Assembly (NCBI GenBank): GCA_024679065.1
Contig: JAGIQG010000018.1
Coordinates: forward strand, 27,590,001 to 27,654,000
Direction: 5' to 3'
Source of the DNA: Sphyrna mokarran
Lineage: Eukaryota
DNA length: 64,000 bases
The notes below the pieces were generated by a model that made no database searches, had not been told where the DNA came from, and was given only the letters and a program-made list of their open reading frames with translations. Below, one piece after another: positions 50,363 to 61,860 of the stretch. Both the position numbers and the translations under genes were made by a program. The first letter of the stretch is position 1. The number at the start of each line of letters is the position of its first letter.

Positions 50363-50747
50363 GTAATGAATGGCAAAGCAAGCTCGAAGGGCCAAAATGG
50401 CCCATTCCTGTTTCCAGTTTCTATGTTTCTTACCGTGAGACCCATACTCAGTAAAGCTGGTCTTAGAAGTAACAATCACCACAGTATCACAGTAATCACA
50501 TCAGGTCACAAATAACGTGATTGACAGTTAAATATTACTGAGGTCTCTGCCTGCCGGTGGTGGGAGGTTCTGAAGTGTTAAAGCCATGTATTAAAATAGT
50601 GACTGTCGTGAATTCATTCGGAAAGTACACACAACTATTTTATTCAGCTTCCCACTCCATTGCTGTGTGATAGAAAGGGTTAAGACTGGGTGTGTTGAGT
50701 AGTTGGGACTTAGGTTTACAACAATGATTCCCACAGTGGAAGTCTTG

Positions 50748-50877
50748 GATGGATTTTCCGGTATTCATACCAGCAGGATTCTCCCGTCGCACTGCAGATA
50801 AGAGATTTGGCGTAGCGCCAAATTCTCCATCCTCTCAGATAGCAGGGAGGCGTGAACAGCCAAAGAATTCTGACCCT
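50748..50877. mobile_element. Short MITE (Harbinger-type TIR)
   Basis: GGATGGATTTTCC...AGAATTCTGACCC with internal palindrome GAGATTTGGCGTAGCGCCAAATTCTC. Confidence 0.6.
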
Positions 50878-51566
50878 CCCTTACTTATTCTTCCCTAGAC
50901 AGTAACCCTGAGGAGGGCAAAAACATAAGGACAAGCTATCCTTGAGTTTTGTACAACTCCTGAAGGCAGTTGCAGATAAGCACTGGTAAAAGCTTTTCAT
51001 CTCTTAGCTGGGCATTGTGCATGATTTGGTGGAGAAGTCATGAGGAAAAAAATCAGAGGAAACTTTGAAAGTGGATAATCACAGTCCGGTTTTTTTGTGA
51101 GGAATAAATTAATACTCTTGGAAAAGCTCCAGAACAATATTCCATATTTCACACATTTTGCAAATACAAGTTCTATTCAATTGTTTAAATATTCATCTCA
51201 TTAAATAGATGCCTTCCGCCTCCTTTTAATCTATCATGCAGATCTTCAATTCCTTGCTATCTGTTCCACATGTATTTTAAATGAGAGTTTTTGTGTCACT
51301 GACACTGAAATATGCCTCACTTGATTCACCCGACACCCTCAACGTTTTGATTCATGGTTTTTATCAAATCTGGCACGTTCAGTGGGAGGCAATTTTTACT
51401 CTCAAAATTCTTTGGAAATTCATAGAATCCAGTGCAGAAAAGGAGAAATGATTGTGTTTAACTTGGAAGTAACATCAATAACAGTGTTGCATGGTAAAAT
51501 AGTTCCAGCAATTGATATTTTACCGTGGCTGGATTTTACATCTCCAAAACAGATGGCAGCAGTTGT

Positions 51567-51773
51567 AGAAAAATGCTGGAAAATCTCAGCAGGTCTAACA
51601 GCATCTGTGGAGACAGAATATAGCCAACGTTTTGAGTCGAGATGACCTTCATCAGAGTCATCTAGACTCGAAATATTGGCTCTATTCTCTCTCCACAGAT
51701 GCTGTCAGTCCTGCTGAGATTTTCCAACATCTTTCTGTTTTTCTTTCTGATTCCAGCATCTGCAGTATTTTGC
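51567..51773. mobile_element. Penelope-like fold-back element, family B (~170-bp palindrome plus tail)
   Basis: Arms AATGCTGGAAAATCTCAGCAGG... / ...CCTGCTGAGATTTTCCAACAT; centre carries hammerhead-like halves. Confidence 0.8.
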
Positions 51774-52939
51774 AATTACCAGATGGCAATAGTGGTGGTT
51801 GGGGGTGGGGGAGAGAAGGGAGAGGGGGCACTGATGGATATAAAGTTACTTGAGTGGCATCAAGCCAACTCCCCCAGTGTTATCACACCAAGGCTGCACG
51901 TTGGAGTGGCAGATGGGAAACTGTTGCAGACTACCATTCACATGTTCAAAATGAGCAATTGTCACGCAATTAAGCTCATCACGCTGATTTTATAACCCCT
52001 CCAGATTTACTGGTGAATGCACAGGGAGCACATAGCATTGGAGACTGAAGCAACTCTAAAAAGCTGGCAAGTATTGTCATTGTTGCATTCAGCAACCAAG
52101 GATTGAGGCTTTTTTACCTCATAGACAGAAAGGAGTTAGGAGGCCATTAGTTAGGTGTTAAGTGGCTACTAATATTTTATACCCGGGAGGGAATCACTGG
52201 AGAGAAGTCTCAGGCTGGGTTAGATGGGCAGATTAGCAACAGGGTGGCTCATTCAGAACAGCAGTGCCCAATTGCCAAGGACATTGTTAATTTTGGGGAG
52301 AGTCCTCCAATGTGGAGGAGAATCTGAGATGAAGGGAAGTGCAAGCATACCAAGATCAGGACAGCAGCAATCTCCTGTCCAGCCATAGAGGCAACCTTGG
52401 AGCAGAATGATGCAGAGGGAACCACGAGCAGGTGCCTGAGCAGAGATGAATGTGTCCTGTGACTAAGTAAAGGGTACAGACAAAGGGTGAACCACCTGTA
52501 GATGACTGAGCAGCAACATCCTCAAAGACTATGCCTCTTCCGAGAGGCTGTGTGCCATGAAAGCACTGGGAATGAGTTCTGGTTGTATTGGTGACCGTCC
52601 AATGCCAGTGACTGTCGTGGTCATTGTGATCTTGACTTTTTATGCTTCAAGTTCATTCCAGGAGTCCACTCCATGTGGCATCTCCCAATCAGCCATACAT
52701 CACTGCATCGAGGTGGTGATGTATGCCATCTTCAGGAGGACTAAACGGTACATGCATTACTGGAATGGTGTGGACTGTCAGGCTGAGAGAACCAGAGGCC
52801 TTGTTACCTTGACTGCGCTCTACTAGGTGTTAGCCTTATAGACAACATGCATGTGGCAATCCTGGCTTCCACATGCGGCCTTCATTAACAGGATTTCATG
52901 AGGATAAGGTACCACATCAATAGTGATTCCAAAAAAAAA

Positions 52940-53365
52940 GCTTATGGTGTAAGTGTAACATATTGACAAGGATAGTAAATTGGCTATTAATAGGAATCAG
53001 AATAGCAATAAGTGAGTTTTTTTGTTTGGCAAGTGGAGTGCCACTGGGATCAGAGCAGGCACCTCAACAGTTAACAATGTATATAAATGACTTGGATGAA
53101 GAAACTGAAGGTATGGTTGTTAAATTTGCTGATGACACAAAGGTAGTAAATTGCGAAGGGGAAATAAGGAGGCTACACAGAGACATAGGTTAAGTGAGTG
53201 GGTAAAGATCGGACAGATGGATTATAATGTGGGCAAATGTGAAATTGTAAATTACGGCAGGAAGGATAAAATTAGATTTGAAGTTACTGTCAGATCAGCC
53301 ATAATCTTATTGAACGGTGGAGCAGGCTCGAGGGGCTGAATGGCTTCTTCCTGCTCCTCGTTTGT
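52940..53365 (+). mobile_element. CR1 RT fragment nested in the Harbinger fossil
   Basis: ORF 52963-53193 SGVPLGS...MYINDLDEETEGMVVKFADDTK. Confidence 0.92.
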
Positions 53366-53429
53366 AATTCAACACTATAGAATGTGTCTCTGACCCACTA
53401 TCAGTAGATTCTACAGGCAAGTACACATG

Positions 53430-53810
53430 GGAGGAGGTAGTGGCATTCTGGTAATGTCACTGAATTTGTCACCCAGAGGTTCAGGTTAATGTTCTGAGCA
53501 ACAGCTGGTGGATTTTATATTCCAGGTTTATGAATGGATCTAAGAGCTAGCTTCAGTAATGGCCACCATGAAACTACCATTGCTCATTGTAAAAACCCAT
53601 CTGGTTCACTAATGCCGCTTAGGTAAAGAAATCTGCCATCCTTACCTGATTGGCCTTCATGTTGTTCCAAGGTCACAGCAATGTTGTTGACTATCAACTG
53701 TCCTCTGCAATGACCCAGCAAGACACTCAGTTCAAGGACAATGAGGGATGGGAAACAAATGTTGGTTTTGCCAGTGACGCACATTCCCAAGAAAGAATAA
53801 AGAAAGAAAA
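53430..53810 (+). mobile_element. Second-family tRNA SINE nested in the Harbinger fossil
   Basis: AAACCCATCTGGTTCACTAATGCC...GAAATCTGCCATCCTTACC; same family as 14452-14837. Confidence 0.75.
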
Positions 53811-55559
53811 GCTCTGGGAGCAGTCTCGACATTTATATTCTCTGGCCCTCCTGGATACCTCTGATCACCTTCAGAGGTGGATTCTTGCTGACAAAGGAAC
53901 TCAGTGAAGTAAAAACCACTGACATCAGTGAGCAGGACAGAGGCAGAAAAACGGCACGTAGCAGATCATCAGTCTTCTCGGTGAGATTCAGGGGCCTTGA
54001 TCATTCCAATGGGGCATTTCAGTCTGATCCAGGGTAGTGGTGGTTTGCTGAATGCTACACAATTTGTACGCTGCTACAGAGGCAGGAGGTCATTGCTGCT
54101 GAGAATTCAACAGAGTGTGAGATGGAGGAAGAGGGTGTTGGTGACCAGTTGTCGCATGCCTTTCAAAGTGGGGGGGTCACTGAAGGGGGCACCAAAATAA
54201 GTGTGCGAGAGAGGTGGAGGAGAGAGCTTTATATGTGTTTTTTTTCACCTGATTATTTACTGCTGCAAAAGAAAACAAACAAAAGTGCACATTCCACCTA
54301 CATTAATGGTATTCACCTTTGCTTTAAGTCCAGTCCCTCACTGTCACTTGATGCTTCTATAATGTACAAAAAGTAATTACTACACATGGCATGGCTGCTC
54401 CCAGCCATTCTTGCAATAGATGAAAACTTAAAGAAGCCAAATCAAGCACTTATGAGTTCACTATTAACTATTTAATCAGCAGTGAGACTCATATACATCT
54501 GGTTTGTATTCTTAATCCTCTTATACAAACTCCTATATGTGGAGATGGAGGCAGGCTGCTGACCTTGCTGTCTCATGCCCAGGGATGGTCTTATAGCCCT
54601 CCTCTAGCTGCCTGAGGCCTGGCACACTAAGAGCTCTTACACAGTGAAGGAACCTCCTCTGTCACTGCAGAAACCTGAGGCACTGGTGTCACTGACAGAG
54701 GAGCTGAAGAGCTTCTGTCTGGAGCCTGGGCACCGTGAGATGAATATTCCCAGAAGCAGAGGGCAGCCACACTGCCTCACTTGTAGGGCACACTTGTACC
54801 TTACTGCTGACTTGAGAAGGAGCTCAGGGACAAGACAATGACACGCAGATTTGTGTGCACCTCCTGCAGCCATTGTCTGGACGTGGCTCTTGCTGAGATT
54901 CACTATGGAGGAGGCCCCATGCACGGGTTAGAGGGAGATTGCAGTAACCACACGTGAATGGACTCCTTCAACATCTGGAATAGGATCCAGACACCCTCTG
55001 GATTGTCAGGTCTCCACACTGCATTTCCAGCATCTGCTGCCGATCATCCAAGTGCTTGTACCAGACTGAGAGCCCAAATTTATTCCTGCATGAATGAATA
55101 CCTCCTGAGGTGGCAGTATTTGTAATGCTGAACGGCACTTGGAATCATGTGACACTGCACCCTCTGTGGTCGTCTTCTCTGAGATGAATGAGTGTCCTCT
55201 GGAGATGTCAGTTTTCTGTGTAGTTGACCTGTGAGAGAGAACAGAATGATTAGCAAGCACTTCCTGCCCCTCCAGACTGGAGCCCATAGAGCAACTGCAT
55301 CTCAAATAAATGTTTGTACAATGGGAGGCACATGAACACCATCTCTCATGCTCACTGAAGCTTCCCTTGTGCCCAGTGTTAAGATGATCTCAATATTCTC
55401 AACTGGATTCCTCAATGGAGCAACTACTCTGATACTCTGCAAGCACAAGAGTCTCCTCAGTTAAGTATCACTTCCAATCTAGGTCCTCTGTGTGGTATTC
55501 GGGACCCTCTTTTCCAGCGGGAGACCAAACAGAGCAAGCATGAGGCCTAGTCACCTTGT

Positions 55560-56020
55560 ATCCTTGCTATTTGTCCATAGCTTTTGGCACACTTGTGGCT
55601 TTGATTCATTCTGGGATCAACATGTGAGGATCACCAGTTCCAGGCTCAGCCCTATGACAGAACTGCACCAATTCCTTTCTGAGTGAATGCGGTAGCTGCA
55701 CATCACTGCCACCAACCCGTTGGACTCCCTCCCCAATCACATTTATCCAGTTGTTGCCCCGTCTTCTCCTCATCAAAGGGAACTCAGGTGAGTCAGGTGA
55801 GATACTGTCCCCAGAGTTGATGGGCTTGTGACATTGCAATCAGGTTATCTGGGCAACAATACTACTGGTGAACACCTCTTTCATCTTTATCAGACTTGTT
55901 TGGTTCGTTGGGGAGATCTTTCCTCCTTACGTCCCTCAGGAAAAAGGACCTCCCACCTTTCTGAGTAGCTCAGAGGTGAACATGCAGTGAACCTTCATTG
56001 AACAGTGAGACCACCCATAT
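55560..56020 (-). pseudogene. Probable Harbinger Myb/SANT-like second ORF remnant
   Basis: Antisense T*LQCHKPIN resembles (W)xQCxKxxN(DL) of Myb_DNA-bind_5; convergent with the transposase as in many Harbingers. Confidence 0.5.
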
Positions 56021-56795
56021 TTTTCCGTCTGCCTTACCAACATGCACAATATTCCAATGTGGATTTCTCCTGAGAACGCTGTGGGGATTCAGTACTGAGA
56101 CAATACAGAGGGGGGTCACCAGTCAAAGGATAGTCTGATGTTCACTAGGGAACTGGACACTGGAAAGGGGCACTGGGAGGTGGAACTGGACACTAGGAGC
56201 TGAACACCGGGAGCTGGATATTGACAGCTGGATGCTTGTAGGTGTGAGCCTTTGGAGGATGGTTGCAGTGATGATTGCTGTTGCAAAGGAAATTCACATG
56301 AGGCTGGCAGCCTTTTGAACAAAAAAATTGTCCAATTCAAAGCTTTGCACATTATAGTTCTACAAATTGTGACAGTTCAATGTTAAATTTTTCACCATAT
56401 CCAGGTGGCGTGTTGTCTTCAATAAACAAGACATTTTACTGTGTGCCCAGACGGATATTATCATCTGCATGCATTCCATTGGAAAATTAAGTATGTTGAA
56501 ATGAACTCTTGTAATTCAAATTGGATACGATACTGATAAAAGATAGAATTTCTGCTCAAAGATACATAGTCACATTGATGTACATACCTGCGCTGTCATC
56601 ACCTATCTGGTTATTACATACAATATACTCTCACATGAACATAACATTAAGTTTAAGAGAGCATGGTTGCAGAAACACAAACCTAGTGTACCCCCACCCC
56701 CTCCACTCTTCCTTGGATATGAACTAAATGATAATTATTGCAAGAAATAATTATTGAGGATGGCACTTGTTTGGGCTCACTCTGATTCTTCTCAG

Positions 56796-56997
56796 AGTAA
56801 GAAGCCTCACAGCACCAGGTTAAAGTCCAACAGGTTTATTTGAAATCACAAGCTTTTGGAGCCCTGCTCCTCCACTCACCTGATGAAGGAGCAGTGCTGC
56901 AAAAGCTTGTGATTCCAAATAAACCTGTTAGGCTTTAATCTGGTGTTGTGAGACTTCTTACTGTGCCCACCCCAGTCCAACACCAGCATTGCCCCAT
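56796..56997 (+). mobile_element. Penelope-like fold-back element, family A (~75-bp arms)
   Basis: Arm 56796-56870 is the reverse complement of 56888-56962; core CTGATGAAGGAGCAGTGCTGCAAAAGCTT at 56880-56908. Confidence 0.85.
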
Positions 56998-57194
56998 ATA
57001 CAGGATTATGGAATGGAGTGGCATATAGAATAAATATTAATAACTTTATTACTGGGAGACAGGAGTAGAGGCACCTTCAGTGGATTCTTAATTTTGACAT
57101 CTTTATCATACTGCTTCTGCCGATCTGCACTCCAGGTATATCCTTTTCCACCTTCTTCCGTCAGGCAAAAGATACAAAAGTCTGAGATCACTTA

Positions 57195-57745
57195 CCAGCC
57201 GAGTCAAGAACAGCTTCTTCCCTGCTCCATTAGACTTCTTGAATGGACCTACCTTATGTTAAGTTGATCTGTCATTACACTCCAGTTATGACTCCTAACA
57301 CTCAATTCTGCACCTTCTCCTTTCAGAGAATCATAGAATCCCTACATTGCAGAAGGAGGCCATTCGGCCCATTAAGTCTGCATTGACCACAATCCCACCC
57401 AGTCCCTATCCCCTTAACCCTACACATTTACTCTGCCATTCCCCCTTACAGTATGGGTCAATTTGGCATACCTGATCAACCTAAGCCACACATCTTTGGA
57501 CTGTGGAAGGAAGCTGGAACATCTGGAGGAGACATGAAGAGAATGTGCAAACTTCACACGGACAGTGACCGGAGGCCAGAATTGAACCTGGGTTGCTGGC
57601 ACTGTGAGGCAGCAATGCTAACCAATGTGCCACCATGCCATCTCTTTCATTCTCTATGAGCGGTATATTTTGTCTCTACAGCACGCCAGAAACAATACTT
57701 TTCACTGTATACCAATGCATGTGATAAATTAAATCAAATCAAATA
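57195..57745 (+). mobile_element. Rex1/Babar-like 3' end split by a SINE
   Basis: CAAGAACAGCTTCTTCCCTGCT at 57205; AAACAATACTTTTCACTGTAT...AAATCAAATCAAAT at 57689-57744. Confidence 0.75.
57326..57640 (-). mobile_element. HE1-like V-SINE, full length
   Basis: GAATCATAGAATCCCTACATTGCAGAAGGAGGCC tail to CAATGTGCCACCATGCC head. Confidence 0.92.
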
Positions 57746-58524
57746 TCAGGTGTAGTGAGGTTTTTGGTTCATATTTTGCTGTTATCAGCAAGAACCAATG
57801 AATCTGTCGAACTTGGTATGGATTGTGCAACATTCTGGTGAAGTTATGGACTACAGTAGGAATTTCCCGCGAGTCCTCCAGATTCCCCAGTTGCTCCGAC
57901 TTGACTAGCAAGGGATTTGTCTGATTGATCAGCTGCCTAACCCCATGTGTAGCTTTAATCTGTTAAGAGAAGAAAATTGTGTAAAAACTGCTATTAATTG
58001 AGAGTTGCCCATAAAGTATTCATGCCTTTGTGGGGAGTGAAAGCTTTGTATTTGGCAGGCTCCCAGCAGCCTAAGCGTGTGCTTTCTCTCTGCAATTCTT
58101 TATTTATTACTGGCCAGAAAATTCCTCAAGTGAATAAATGAGGTTTTAGTCACACTTGTAGCAAAGTAATGTCAGCGGATTGTGAGCAGCTGACAGGAAT
58201 TTATCACCGTAATTACTACATTAATCTGTTTGTATTGGATCCATCAAGCCTCAGGTTTATTTCAATTGTTGAATTTGATTATTTGAATTCATCTTATTTT
58301 CTTGGACAGGATAGGAAATGAGCAAGTGGGGAAAGGTTCAATAATGTAGACATTAGGAAAATTGATAAAGCATGGGTGGAGGTCAAAATCACAAAGTTTG
58401 GTTTAGTTACTTCATGGCCAGTTCCTTGGCAAAACTTAGAATTAGGAAGAATTTTGAAATTGGTTTACTATATTCACCTTTCAGAGATGAAGGTCACCTC
58501 CAGTTTAAGCTTCTATTGTTAGAT

Positions 58525-58620
58525 TTTAATTAAGGGTCATCCAAACTCGAAACATTAGCTCTATCCTCTTTCCGTAACACTGCCAGACACATTGAGATTT
58601 TCCAGCATTTTCTGTTTTTA
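58525..58620 (+). mobile_element. Family-B Penelope-like terminal fragment
   Basis: AAGGGTCATCCAAACTCGAAACATTAGCTCT...GAGATTTTCCAGCATTTTCTGTTTT. Confidence 0.7.
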
Positions 58621-58841
58621 ACCCCACTAATCCCCCTTATCTACACATCTCAGGACACTAAGGGCAATTGGGCACGGCCAATCCACTTAACCTACATGTC
58701 TTTGGCTTGGGAGGAAACCGGAACACCCAGAAGAAATGAACGCAGATATGGGGAGAATCTGCAAATGCCAATCACTCAAAGTTGGAATTGAACCCTGGTG
58801 CCTTGCACTGTGAGGCAGCAGTGCTAACCACTGTGCTACCC
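58621..58841 (-). mobile_element. HE1-like V-SINE, tail truncated
   Basis: GGACACTAAGGGCAATT...GTGAGGCAGCAGTGCTAACCACTGTGC. Confidence 0.85.
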
Positions 58842-58879
58842 TTATTTTATTATCTCACAGACTATTAAGGGTGGATGTA

Positions 58880-60700
58880 CACTTTTCCTGAAAGGCAGTG
58901 CCCAGAATTATTCCTGCTGGTGATTTATAAAGTTCCAGGAGAATTTCCTTGCTTTTATATTCTGTGCCTTTCTTTATAAACACACTTCTTCAACCACCAG
59001 TCAACTTGCTCTGCTTCCTTTAAAGATTTATATATTATATGATACTAAGTTCTATCTACTGATTGACACTTCAAAATCATGCCGTAGAATGCTGTCTTTC
59101 CTTCCAATGTGCATCACTCCATCGATTTTTACCCTGAACACCATCCTTCACCATCCTGAAGCCTATAATCCTCATCAATATTTACGATGTTGCCCAGTTT
59201 CCTCTCATCTGAAAACTTTCAAATGCTGTTTCCTACATCTGAATGTAGGTTGTGAAAAATTTAGAAGATCTCTTTCCCTTGATTGGCATGAAGGGGCTTC
59301 CATGTTCTTAACAAGTGGGGCACTTCGTAGAAATCCTTCTGAAAGTTCAAACACGTATCATCTACTTTAACTTGATCAACTTTCTTTTATCACTGCAACA
59401 AAAAATTCAAGCGAGTTCGTCAGGCATGACTTAGTTTTGACAAATCCATCTTGGTTATCTTTCAATAAGCCATGCCTAGCCACATGAAAGTGTGTTTGTT
59501 CCCTGTGATGGTAACTTTCCTGATGCTAGGTTGCCATGATGTGGAGATGCTGGTGTCGGATTGGGGTGGCCAAGGTGAGAGGTCACATGACACCAGGTTA
59601 TAGCCCAACAGGTTTATTTGAAAGCACAAGCTTCCAGAATGTTCCACTTCACCTGATGAAGGAGCAGCACTCCAAAAGTTTTTGATTTCAAAGAAACCTG
59701 TTGGATTATAACCTGGTGTCGTTTGACCTCTCCTTTTGAGGCTAGGTTGACTGGCCTGTACTTTCCTGGTGTATCCCCTTTCCCTTTCTTCATTGAACAG
59801 TACAGTATAGGAACAGGCTCTTCGGCCCACAATGTTGTGCCGAATTTGACACCAAATTAAACTAATCTCTTTTATCTGCCTTTGATCCATATACCTCTAC
59901 TTCTGGCATGGTGGTATAATATTAGCCACCCTCCCAGTCCTGGCACTACTCCTGTAACTAATGAGGGTTGAAAGATTGAGGGTAGAAAGATTGTGACCAA
60001 TGTTTCTGCTTTTTCTGCTGTTGGTTCTTTCAGCAACCTCGGGTATATTCCACCGAGATCAGGTGAATTTCAGTAAAGCTATTCTTTTTGCTCCATCCTC
60101 AATATCTTTACTATTCTGTCCTTCACTTCCCTCTCCACGTATAATGTACCTTTCACATCATCTGCTTCCTTTGTCAATCAAAGTACTGATTGAATATTTT
60201 ATCAATGTCCTCTCCATACAGATTTCCTTTTGGGTTCTTATTAGGGCAAATTTATCCCCAGCTAAGTATTTGCAATTTATATATTCAATTTAATGTTGCA
60301 TGCTAACATATTCCCGTAGCCTCCCTTTGCCTCCCACGTTAAGTCTATCAAATCCCTCCTGTACTCCTATAATCTTCCTGATTATTAACTAAATTTCACT
60401 CCTGACATGAGGCCTTAAGCCTCCTTTTCTGTTTTATTTTAACTTGTATTCTTATTCTTGTCCAGGACTTGTTAGCTTTTGATACTCCACCTTTTGTATT
60501 CAAAAGATTATCCCTATTTTTTACCCAAATTACCTCTTCCCCAAATGCTCTCTGTTGCTTTACCCTGCAATGTAGCTGTTTCTGGTCCCTTAAAACACTG
60601 AAATATCATCTTCCCCTCTCTACCTTTGATATTTTCTGGTCTCTTTTCAGAACCTTTTTAAACTTCATTAGCTTGTGGTCACTGCAGTTAGAGTTAGGTA
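58880..60700 (-). mobile_element. Old fragmented CR1 ORF2
   Basis: ORF 59614-59832 KKGKGDTPGKYRPVNL; GTCAGGCATGACTTAGTTTTGACAAATCCAT is antisense of a decayed GFVKxKSCLT motif. Confidence 0.7.
59535..59736. mobile_element. Penelope-like fold-back element, family A, with probable 13-bp TSD
   Basis: Core CTGATGAAGGAGCAGCACTCCAAAAG at 59653-59678; flanks TGATGCTAGGTTG (59521-59533) and TGAGGCTAGGTTG (59737-59749). Confidence 0.85.
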
Positions 60701-61608
60701 GCCAGACATCTGGTTTTGTGCTGGACAGTCTGCTTTTAGGCTGATCTGGCCATTGTCTGGAGCTTTAGTTTATGGGTTTTGATCCCAGTTTTTGTGAGGG
60801 GGGCAGGATGTGCATCAGAAAGCTATATATCAGCATGAGGACCCAGACATCCATTTTTCAAGAGGTGCCTGGCTCAGGCAGCCTGCACCAAAACACAGAT
60901 AGAGGGCAGACTCTTGAGGTTGGTGGGCCAACAGGAGGTATTCCTTCTGTCAGGGGTGGGTGATGCTGGTGCAGGTGAGGCAGTGGTGGTGGGGGGCGGG
61001 GGGTGTAGTTCCAAGATAGAGATGTCCTGTGAAGCAGTTTACAATATTTGACAGTAAAAGATGCCAGAGCTGGCAAACTGGAAAAGGCTAATCTGTCCAC
61101 AGGACAGCCAACAGCTGCAGGAATGTCCTGACGGTCATGGTGGGTATGCATAGGGAAGAAACACATCATGGCCCACCCACTGATCTGTCACCATCCCTTG
61201 GCTGTACTTCTGCTTCAGTGGAGCTTCTGCAATACTAGCTGGAAAATGTGTGCAGATTGGCCTTAATAAAGCCTTTTCTGACCTAATGGGCTGTCTGCTA
61301 CTTGTAGATGGGCAATCAGCACCCTGCGATTCTCCCAGAAAGAGAATGACCTGACGGCAGGGCCATGGCAGGACACTGGTGTGTCAGCCAGTGTTGGAGA
61401 AAAGAGAGCCCAACTATCCCTGATCCCATCCTCACAGCTATTTAAATATTTGGCCCGTTAGCTGTGTTCTGTCTCTTTCACTTGCTGCTGAGTATTCTAG
61501 CATTTTTGTTTTTTATTCCACATTTCCAGTGACATCCTGTCACCTTGCATTGACTAGGCAATGTATCATTCAGATCATTGTGGCAGGAATGCCTGTCTTT
61601 ATCAATAT

Positions 61609-61860
61609 CACAGTAGGAAGTCTCACAACACTGGGTTAGAATCCAATCAGTTTCTTTGACAGTAATCTTGGAACTTCCGGAAATGGTGTTCCTTCGTCAG
61701 GTGTGTGGAAGGTTCTGATCAGAGAAGAGCAAATAAAGTCACACACGGTTTACAGAATACTGATTAGAATGCAAGTCTTTACAGCTAACCTGCTATTCAT
61801 TAGCTGTAAAGACTTGCATTCTAATCAGTATTCTGTAAACTGTGTGTTTCTCTACATACC
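61609..61860 (-). mobile_element. Family-A Penelope-like terminus followed by a 48-bp-stem hairpin
   Basis: CAGTAGGAAGTCTCACAACAC...CCTTCGTCAGGT (antisense core at 61672-61700); inverted repeat 61741-61788 / 61800-61847. Confidence 0.75.

Larger units (their letters stand above)
52490..54150 (+). pseudogene. PIF/Harbinger (HARBI1-like DDE) transposase fossil with nested insertions
   Basis: PVTVVVIVILTFYASSSFQ...CGISQSAIHHCI (52557-52826), IDNMHVAI, FINR, then WILADKG (~53878-53898), RFRGLDHSNGAFQ and MLHNL; these follow the order of DDE_Tnp_4 motifs. Confidence 0.85.
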
